Shown piece after piece: positions 35,707-42,514 of a DNA stretch of 42,514 nucleotides. The stretch's first letter is position 1; each line of letters starts with the position of its first letter. Position numbers and translations under genes: made by a program. The DNA is taken from sequence record OQ921331.1, one strand, 5' to 3'. This DNA is from Escherichia phage vB_EcoP_PAS7. The notes below the pieces were generated by a model. It did no database searches, was not told the DNA's origin, and saw only the letters and a program-made list of their open reading frames with translations.

Positions 35707-36006
35707 ATGGCTAAGGCGGCTACAAAGAGTCGCCTCGCTGAACTGCATAAGATGTTCACCGAGGCACTCATTTCAGAATTACAGCAGGCTAAGGATGAAG
35801 AGCTTCCTATGCCTGCGGCAGATAAATCAGTTATCGCTAACTTCCTAAAGGCTAATAACATTACAGCCGATGCAGACTCTACAGAGATGCAAGAGCTACG
35901 TGATGAGTTCCAAGATGAGTTGGCAGAGAAACGTAAAGCACGGGCACAGGAACTGTTAGCGAAAGCTGGTGCAGACCCCGAAGACCCATTAGCAGGCATC
36001 TTATAA
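35707..36006 (+). CDS. terminase small subunit
   Basis: 99 aa, acidic helical protein immediately upstream of the large terminase. Confidence 0.5.
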   Translation: MAKAATKSRLAELHKMFTEALISELQQAKDEELPMPAADKSVIANFLKANNITADADSTEMQELRDEFQDELAEKRKARAQELLAKAGADPEDPLAGIL

Positions 36007-36021
36007 TAAAGGAAAGAAGCG

Positions 36022-37845
36022 GTGATTAGTCCTACTACATTAAACCGATTGAAACTAATATCTCAACGCACTACTGTAATGAACGACAATCCCCGCGGCA
36101 TTCCCAAGGACCAGCGCGAGGAAGTTGCGCTAATGATGGCTGTCACTCTAAAGGACTTCCGAGAGTTCGCATACTTAGGTATGAAGTTCCTCGGCTTTGA
36201 CCTTACGGAGATGCAGCGCGATATAGCTGACTTCATGCAGCACGGTCCGCGTAAGCGCATGGTGGCCGCACAGCGTGGCGAGGCTAAGTCTACACTCGCA
36301 GCTCTCTATGCAGTCTGGCGCCTGATTCAGGACCAGAGCACGCGTATTCTTATTGTATCCGGTGGTGAGAAGCAGGCATCTGAAGTAGCTACGCTTGTTA
36401 TCCGTATGATTGAAACGTGGCCTTTACTGTGCTACCTCAAGGCTGATAGTACTCGCGGTGACCGTACCTCTTATGAGGGTTACGATGTTCACTGCGACCT
36501 GAAGCCTTTGGATAAATCTGCCAGCATCGCGTGCGTAGGTATTACCGCACAGCTTCAGGGTAAGCGTGCTGACCTGCTAATCCCAGATGATATTGAGACT
36601 ACTAAGAACGGCTTAACGCAGACTATGCGTGAGCAGTTGCTTAGCATCTCTAAAGACTTTGCAGCAATCTGTACGCACGGTGATACCTTGTATCTTGGCA
36701 CGCCTCAGACTAAGGACAGTATCTACAAGACGCTTACGGGTCGTGGCTTCGAGGTTCGTGTATGGCCCGGTCGTATCCCTAATCAGGAGATGCGCGAGCG
36801 TTACGGAGAAACCCTAGCCCCGTATATTCAAACCCTCATCGACGCAGGGTACAAAGAGACAGGCTTCGGGTTAGATGGTACGTTAGGTGAATGCACCGAT
36901 AAAGGACGCTATAACGAGGAAGCCTTGATTGAGAAGGAACTGGACTTCGGCCCAGAAGGGTTCCAATTACAGTATATGCTCGACACAACCATGTCCGATG
37001 CACTGCGTACCAAGATTAAACTCAGTGACGCTTTGATTTACACTGGCTCGCATGATGCAGCGCCTGACCGACTGAACTACATGGCTGATAAGCGCTATCT
37101 CTACGGAGAGGAACATGAGGGTATTCGAGGTCAGCAGTTGTATGTGCCGAGTCACGTAGGTGAGCACATGCTCAACTATAAGCACAAGCTGCTGGTACTT
37201 GACCCTGCTGGTAACGGTGGTGATGAAGTATCCTTTGCAGCTGGTGGTGCAGTCAGCTCTTACATCCATCTCTTTAGTGTAGGTGGTTTGCAAGGCGGGC
37301 TTAGCACAGAGAACGTAGATACCTTAATTGACCTAGCGGTCGAGATGGGTATTACTGATATCTTCGTCGAGCGTAACATGGGTCACGGCACGGTAGAATC
37401 TTTGATTATAAACCGTCTACGTGAACGTAGTATGCCCGGCATTGGTGTCAGGGGCGGTTATAACACGTCTCAGAAAGAGAAACGTATCATTGATACTATC
37501 TCCCCTGTTACGCGTCGTCACCGCTTTGTAGTGCACGCTAGGGCGCTGGAAGACGATATCAAGTACTGTATGCAGTACAGTCGTGATAAGCGCTGGCTTT
37601 ACAGTGCGTTCCAGCAGTTATCCGGTATTACTTATGACCGTGGTAGCCTGGCGAAGGATGACCGGGCAGACGCTATTAGTATGCTCGTAGCTGAACTGAA
37701 CTCGCACCTCGTAGAGGATGAGAAGCAGGCAGCAGAGAAGGACCAGCTTAAGAAGGCGTTAGACTTTATGGATAACCCTATGGGCTGGAAGAAGTCAATG
37801 GTACAGAAGCGCAAGCGCGGTGCAAGCGCACGTATCGGTTATTAA
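36022..37845 (+). CDS. terminase large subunit
   Basis: 607 aa; position and size as T7 gp19; starts at GTG 36022, alternative ATG at 36079. Confidence 0.65.
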   Translation: MISPTTLNRLKLISQRTTVMNDNPRGIPKDQREEVALMMAVTLKDFREFAYLGMKFLGFDLTEMQRDIADFMQHGPRKRMVAAQRGEAKSTLAALYAVWRLIQDQSTRILIVSGGEKQASEVATLVIRMIETWPLLCYLKADSTRGDRTSYEGYDVHCDLKPLDKSASIACVGITAQLQGKRADLLIPDDIETTKNGLTQTMREQLLSISKDFAAICTHGDTLYLGTPQTKDSIYKTLTGRGFEVRVWPGRIPNQEMRERYGETLAPYIQTLIDAGYKETGFGLDGTLGECTDKGRYNEEALIEKELDFGPEGFQLQYMLDTTMSDALRTKIKLSDALIYTGSHDAAPDRLNYMADKRYLYGEEHEGIRGQQLYVPSHVGEHMLNYKHKLLVLDPAGNGGDEVSFAAGGAVSSYIHLFSVGGLQGGLSTENVDTLIDLAVEMGITDIFVERNMGHGTVESLIINRLRERSMPGIGVRGGYNTSQKEKRIIDTISPVTRRHRFVVHARALEDDIKYCMQYSRDKRWLYSAFQQLSGITYDRGSLAKDDRADAISMLVAELNSHLVEDEKQAAEKDQLKKALDFMDNPMGWKKSMVQKRKRGASARIGY

Positions 37846-37862
37846 CTATAGGAGAAGCACAC

Positions 37863-38045
37863 ATGGCAATTGCAGCAGCAACTTTGGCACAGAAGACTGA
37901 ACTTCAACGTCAACTGAATATTCTGGCTAAGGACATTTACCAGATTCTTACCCAGCCTTTGGATGCAGTGTCAGTAGGCCCGACCTTTGATGCTAAGATT
38001 CCGGCACTAGAAGCAGCTATCGCAGCTGTTAAAGCAGCAGCATAA
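37863..38045 (+). CDS. hypothetical small protein
   Basis: ORF track, 60 aa; GGAGAAG RBS. Confidence 0.4.
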   Translation: MAIAAATLAQKTELQRQLNILAKDIYQILTQPLDAVSVGPTFDAKIPALEAAIAAVKAAA

Positions 38046-38443
38046 TGATTCGTGCAGCCGCTGGGTTAGTACTCGTTACGGCGCTTACAGGATGCTCAGC
38101 GGCTTCTGCACTATCAGGATTAGTCGGCACTAAGCCAGACCTGACAGTGCAGGCTGGGGCTGAGAATACTAAGCAGACCGTAGGTTTGAACAGTAGATCC
38201 GACTCCAGCACGGATACAACAATCAAAGATTCCAATGTAGGTACTCTAGACACTTCTACAAAGAAGCAGTCAGTTACTACTGGAACTATCAATACAGAGC
38301 GTGTACAGGTTGTTAATAATGACAGTACAAGCATTATACTAGCAGGGTTGGCGGGTGCAGCGGTTCCAATCGCAATCCTCATCATTATCCTGCTTTTCCG
38401 CAAGCTCGGAAGGAAGGGTGACGTAGATGAGTCTACCAATTAG
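38045..38443 (+). CDS. unimolecular spanin (u-spanin)-like lysis protein
   Basis: N-terminal lipoprotein signal with lipobox LTGC (MIRAAAGLVLVTALTGCSAAS), Ser/Thr-rich middle, C-terminal TM helix IILAGLAGAAVPIAILIIILLF; same architecture as T1 gp11. Confidence 0.55.
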   Translation: MIRAAAGLVLVTALTGCSAASALSGLVGTKPDLTVQAGAENTKQTVGLNSRSDSSTDTTIKDSNVGTLDTSTKKQSVTTGTINTERVQVVNNDSTSIILAGLAGAAVPIAILIIILLFRKLGRKGDVDESTN

Positions 38444-38675
38444 CGGGGATACAATCACCCGCGTAGGAGCGCAGGCAGCGGCCGCCACTATGGGTGGTGG
38501 ATGGGTGGCTGATATCATGTCTTGGCAATGGGGCACTATCTCTTTTATTGTAGGTACTGTAGTAGCGGTACTAACGTTTCTTTGGAATGCCTACTATAAA
38601 CGCAAGGAGTACTTGCTGAAAGAGAAAGCATTACAGAAAGGCTTAGAGTACTACGAGTTCAAGAATAAACCATAA
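38427..38675 (+). CDS. holin (pinholin-like, two predicted TM segments)
   Basis: 82 aa; weakly hydrophobic first segment and TM GTISFIVGTVVAVLTFLW, then a charged C-terminus; adjacent to spanin and SAR endolysin. Confidence 0.45.
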   Translation: MSLPISGDTITRVGAQAAAATMGGGWVADIMSWQWGTISFIVGTVVAVLTFLWNAYYKRKEYLLKEKALQKGLEYYEFKNKP

Positions 38676-38685
38676 GGGTTATATT

Positions 38686-38931
38686 ATGACTAGGTACGGA
38701 GCAGGTGCACACACTTTTCGATTTGGGAGTGGTGCACGGGACAGGATTGTAGTACCAGATGCAGGTACTACTGTAACGGTAGAGTACTGGTCTGGTACAG
38801 AGTGGGTTATGGACGTAGATTCACCAATTGACTCTCCAGCTACACTTTATACGCGGCTTGTACGTGTCCGCTTAACTGCGGATGGCGGCTTCTCCTTTGA
38901 TGTAGTGGAGGCTATTGATGAGTCTAATTAA
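38686..38931 (+). CDS. hypothetical protein
   Basis: ORF track, 81 aa; overlaps the start of the collagen-like gene. Confidence 0.4.
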   Translation: MTRYGAGAHTFRFGSGARDRIVVPDAGTTVTVEYWSGTEWVMDVDSPIDSPATLYTRLVRVRLTADGGFSFDVVEAIDESN

Positions 38932-40018
38932 TCAGCGCCGTCGTATCTCTAAGGGTGGCAATACCGGCGGTGGTGGCGGTACTGGGCCACAAGGACCTGT
39001 AGGGGAGCAAGGCCCTGTAGGGCCTATGGGTCCGGCAGGTGCAGATGGCCCAGTAGGTCCAGTAGGTCCAGTCGGTCCACAAGGTCCTCAAGGCCCAGCT
39101 GGGCCTCAGGGTCCGCAAGGTCTGCAAGGTCCTGAAGGTGTTCAAGGAGCTAAGGGAGATAAGGGCGATACTGGTCCAGCGGGGCCAGCGGGTCTCAACT
39201 TCCGTGCTGCTTGGGTTCCGGGCTTGACCTATGCTTTACAGGATTCAGTAGCCTACAATGGTAGTACTTGGTTTGCTAATTCGGCTATTGAGGCAGACGT
39301 AACGCCCGGTACTGATCCTCGTTGGGTGCTGCTTGCTATGCAGGGTACTAAGGGGGATACCGGACCTACAGGTCCACAGGGGCCTCGCGGAGTGCAAGGC
39401 GTGCCCGGAGACGTAGGCCCTCAGGGTCCGCAGGGTATAGCAGGCCCGCAGGGTATTCGCGGTCCTCAAGGTGATACCGGCGAGCAAGGTCCCGCAGGGC
39501 CACAGGGCGCTAGAGGTATACAGGGAGTTAAAGGCGATAAAGGCGACAAGGGTGATAAAGGGGATACAGGCGCTACTGGACCCCAAGGACCCGCAGGTCA
39601 AAATAATACCAATAATCCAGTATATACTACACAACTTGCAGTATCTACTAGCTATTCGGCAATAGCTATTCCTAATAACCCCGGAGTATCCTTAACGGTT
39701 AGACGTGTCAGCAATAATATTGAGTATTCATTTACTGGTAACTCCATTGCGGGTAGGTACTTCGACGTAGAATTAGTTAACTTCCCCTCAGCGGACGTAG
39801 TCAAAAGGTATCAATCTAACCATACAATAGCAGGTACTAGCCGCTATGTAGTAGGCGACCCCGCAGGCTACACTGGTACAGGATACAAGAAGATTCAAAT
39901 TACTGCAAGGGATTGGGGAGATAAGAATATTATTATCATAGACCTGTTCCACCTACAACGAGCTGGGGATGCTAACTTCAACATCGCCATTAGGATTGAG
40001 ACCTTTAAACTTCCTTAA
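38918..40018 (+). CDS. collagen-like (Gly-X-Y repeat) protein with C-terminal globular domain, possible fiber or receptor-binding protein
   Basis: Two G-X-Y blocks ([23 protein letters not shown]... and [19 protein letters not shown]...[13 protein letters not shown]); ATG at 38918 with a GGAGG RBS. Confidence 0.6.
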   Translation: MSLINQRRRISKGGNTGGGGGTGPQGPVGEQGPVGPMGPAGADGPVGPVGPVGPQGPQGPAGPQGPQGLQGPEGVQGAKGDKGDTGPAGPAGLNFRAAWVPGLTYALQDSVAYNGSTWFANSAIEADVTPGTDPRWVLLAMQGTKGDTGPTGPQGPRGVQGVPGDVGPQGPQGIAGPQGIRGPQGDTGEQGPAGPQGARGIQGVKGDKGDKGDKGDTGATGPQGPAGQNNTNNPVYTTQLAVSTSYSAIAIPNNPGVSLTVRRVSNNIEYSFTGNSIAGRYFDVELVNFPSADVVKRYQSNHTIAGTSRYVVGDPAGYTGTGYKKIQITARDWGDKNIIIIDLFHLQRAGDANFNIAIRIETFKLP

Positions 40019-40029
40019 GTTGAGGCACT

Positions 40030-40569
40030 ATGCTATCGAATAAAATCAAGGCAGCGCTGGCAGGGTCTTCCCTGCTGGGCGCGAGCCTATTCGCAGTAAT
40101 TGAAAGCAACGAAGGCTTATCCCTCACTGCTTACAAAGATTCCGCAGGCGTACCTACCATCTGCTATGGCGAGACTAAAGGCGTTAAAATGGGCCAAAAG
40201 GCTACGCTGTCGCAGTGTCAGGCCATGCTGATACAGTCAGCAGGGGAACACGCTAAGGCTCTTGACGGGCTTCCTATGCATCTTACGGACGTACAGCTTC
40301 TGGGAGCCATAGACCTAACCTATAACATTGGGGTATCAGGTTTCAAGAACAGCACCGTGAAGCGCAAGCTAATGCAAGGGGATAATAAAGGTGCTGCTCA
40401 GGCCGTACTAGCGTGGCGCTACATCACTGTTAAGGGTAAGAAGTACGATTGCTCAGTTAAGGCCAACAAGGTCTGCTACGGCCTCTGGAAGCGCCGTGTT
40501 TGGGAATCCCAAGCTATTGGCAATGAATTTAAATCAATGCAGGCAGCAGTAGCTGCTATGCCTAAATAA
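40030..40569 (+). CDS. signal-arrest-release (SAR) endolysin, T4-lysozyme-like muramidase
   Basis: N-terminal SAR-like segment IKAALAGSSLLGASLFAVI; catalytic-region pattern ESNEGLSLTAYKDSAGVPTICYGET matches the Glu-Asp-Thr arrangement of GH24 lysozymes. Confidence 0.65.
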   Translation: MLSNKIKAALAGSSLLGASLFAVIESNEGLSLTAYKDSAGVPTICYGETKGVKMGQKATLSQCQAMLIQSAGEHAKALDGLPMHLTDVQLLGAIDLTYNIGVSGFKNSTVKRKLMQGDNKGAAQAVLAWRYITVKGKKYDCSVKANKVCYGLWKRRVWESQAIGNEFKSMQAAVAAMPK

Positions 40570-40578
40570 GGAAACAGC

Positions 40579-42021
40579 ATGTCACTTGTAAGTCTAGTAC
40601 GCGACACTACTCAAGATATCAAGCACAAGGCAGATATTCTTCTTGATTATCTGGACCGCCAGGAGCAAGGCTTAGGTCAGGTTCAGGAGTTTGTAGAATC
40701 CTCCACTATTCTGAATATCCCTTCTTTGCGTAGCTTACTACCTTCCTCCGAGGGTCAGGTGGTGCAAGTACTAAGTAGTTACAGCACCGCCGCTACACAA
40801 CTCCATTTAGGTGGTGGGCAGTTCCAAGCTGTTAATAACCTGCAAGCAGAGCCAGACGATGGCGGTATTGTAGTGCACAGTACGCATCCTACGCTGGTAT
40901 GGAAACGCATTAACTTCACTGCTTATGATATGCAGTTCTGGGGTGTAGTAGCTGATGCAAGTACTGATAACGCAGCAGCCATTACCCGCGCTACTCAGTA
41001 CGCCCGGCGTAACCGAATTGTACTGGAAGCCCCCGCAGGCAGTATTCATACCAGTGAAATGGTCCCCCTGTACGATAACATGGGTATACGTGGGCATGGT
41101 CGCGCCGAGAATACAGTATTCTACAAGACCACTAACAACGGGTTCAACTACACCAAGAACGGGGTAACTGTCCTTACTGTAGATGCGTTGGCTGGGTTTG
41201 TGCCTAAAGAGTGGGACCTCGCTGATTACGAGATAAAGAGTTTCTGTGTGCATGCACAGCTTATTGGCTGTATGTTCCGCAGACTTGGCCTCAGTGCTGA
41301 GAACGTAGCCACAACTCGCCCACAGTACGGCCTGCATATCGGCAAGGCAGCTACAGCGGTCGTGCGTCAGTGTACATTCGAAGGTGGTTACATTGGCATT
41401 AAGGGCTATAACGTATTCAGTAGCGTCTTCGAGAGTGTAGCAGCGGTGCAGTTCAATGGCTATGGCTATGCTGGTGTAAGTATCAGCGACTACCGTAACA
41501 GCACTTTATACAACTCAGGTACATCACTGGACATGCGTATCGTGCAGGTACGTGGATACCAGTTCGGCTTTGAACTGGACCGCCTGCAGTACAGTACCCT
41601 TATCGATTGTACAGCAGAAGAAATCGTCCCTATGGCTGGGGAAACCACAAGCTACGCCTTCAGTATGTACGACCCGTTCTGTATCACAATGCTGAACTGT
41701 GCTACCGAGTTCGTTAAGGGTGGACAGATTCGTGTACTAGGTTTCGCTAACCCTAGCTTCCGACCGCAGCTTAAAGTTACCGGATTCATTGCTATAGACC
41801 AGCAGAACCCGGCTGCGCTTACTCCCATCTACCTTGTCGACAACGGGGGTACTACAGGTATGAACGTTGTTATAGAGGCATCTGAACTATCCAGAAACAC
41901 TGCTCTGAGCAATAACGGGCAGCCGAGTGTACAAGGTGCAGGAGCTAAGGTAATCCTGATTGGATGCTCTGGAGAGGACTGGGTAGCTTCTGGTAGTGGG
42001 GTATTCACTAGACTCGCTTAA
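40579..42021 (+). CDS. tail spike protein, putative capsule/polysaccharide depolymerase (pectate-lyase-like beta-helix)
   Basis: 480 aa; GVVADASTDNAAAITRATQYARRNRIVLEAPAGSIHTSEM resembles the Pectate_lyase_3 N-terminal signature; no T7 gp17-type anchor domain; last gene of the genome. Confidence 0.5.
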   Translation: MSLVSLVRDTTQDIKHKADILLDYLDRQEQGLGQVQEFVESSTILNIPSLRSLLPSSEGQVVQVLSSYSTAATQLHLGGGQFQAVNNLQAEPDDGGIVVHSTHPTLVWKRINFTAYDMQFWGVVADASTDNAAAITRATQYARRNRIVLEAPAGSIHTSEMVPLYDNMGIRGHGRAENTVFYKTTNNGFNYTKNGVTVLTVDALAGFVPKEWDLADYEIKSFCVHAQLIGCMFRRLGLSAENVATTRPQYGLHIGKAATAVVRQCTFEGGYIGIKGYNVFSSVFESVAAVQFNGYGYAGVSISDYRNSTLYNSGTSLDMRIVQVRGYQFGFELDRLQYSTLIDCTAEEIVPMAGETTSYAFSMYDPFCITMLNCATEFVKGGQIRVLGFANPSFRPQLKVTGFIAIDQQNPAALTPIYLVDNGGTTGMNVVIEASELSRNTALSNNGQPSVQGAGAKVILIGCSGEDWVASGSGVFTRLA

Positions 42022-42514
42022 GCTCAGTACTGGCATTATACAAGGCATTACAGGGAATTACAGGGTGCGTGTGTAAACATGCACCTTGGATTTATTATAC
42101 TTACGCGAGGCCCTCCCTCACCCGACCAACGCCCTCTTCCCCCCATAGGGTGGTCTGCTGGGACGTTTCTAGGTCAATAGGGGTGCCGTAGTGCCTATCG
42201 CAGCGGTGTACAGGCCTGTATCTGGGCCTATGCAGCGGTAGTAATGTGGCAGTAACGGCAGTAACAGGGCAAGCTCTGGTGCTCTGTGCTTCTCTTTGTA
42301 GGGGCGCAGGAGAGCTGGCGCTTGCCTATTTTGTTCTTCCTATAGTACGCCTGTGCTCTCCCTTGTTCTCTCCTTGATGTGTCACTGCGCTAGCTCTGCT
42401 TAGCAATGGCTTGCTTCTTTTGTTCTACTGTGCTAGGCTTGGTTTTAATGCAGTGCGCTCTTTAATAATCAGGTAGGTCATATACTATTAATACATTTGC
42501 TTGGTGAGGACACT
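42022..42514. other. non-coding right-end region, candidate genome terminus or packaging region
   Basis: No ORF of 60 aa or more; C-rich tract CCCTCCCTCACCCGACCAACGCCCTCTTCCCCCC; short direct repeats GCAGTAAC. Confidence 0.4.
42064..42095 (+). terminator. putative terminator hairpin after the tail spike gene
   Basis: GGTGCGTG...CATGCACC imperfect stem followed by TTGGATTTATTAT. Confidence 0.35.

Noticed and set aside
1-42514. Prophage or temperate lifestyle and tRNA genes
   Set aside because: No integrase, repressor, att-like repeats or host flanking genes were seen, and no tRNA-like cloverleaf candidates were noticed in intergenic regions. The content is that of a virulent T7-supergroup phage.

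Overview
The window is a near-complete, co-linear genome of a lytic T7-supergroup podovirus (Autographiviridae) with phiKMV/KP34-type architecture: all real genes are on the + strand, and the single-subunit RNA polymerase sits at the end of the DNA-metabolism block, directly before the structural genes. Order: an early region of small, tightly packed ORFs driven by sigma70-consensus promoters (1-4700); primase, helicase, a DNA polymerase split into two ORFs, 5'-3' exonuclease, endonuclease VII, RNAP (4700-19200); portal, scaffold, capsid, tail tube A/B, three internal virion proteins, tail fiber, terminase small/large (20200-37850); then a lysis and host-recognition module (u-spanin, pinholin-like holin, collagen-like protein, SAR endolysin, beta-helix tail spike) and a non-coding right end. 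No integrase, tRNA or CRISPR was seen. The main leads are: (1) a three-copy structured element immediately downstream of early promoters, with a conserved loop and covarying stem; (2) an early pentapeptide-repeat gene built from about 30 tandem 15-bp units and broken by a 4-nt indel, a candidate DNA-mimic anti-defence factor; (3) the split DNA polymerase flanked by HNH endonucleases; (4) three paralogous HNH-AP2 homing endonucleases plus a fourth HNH; (5) an unusual lysis cassette. All calls come from reading the sequence and recalled family motifs; no database search was run.
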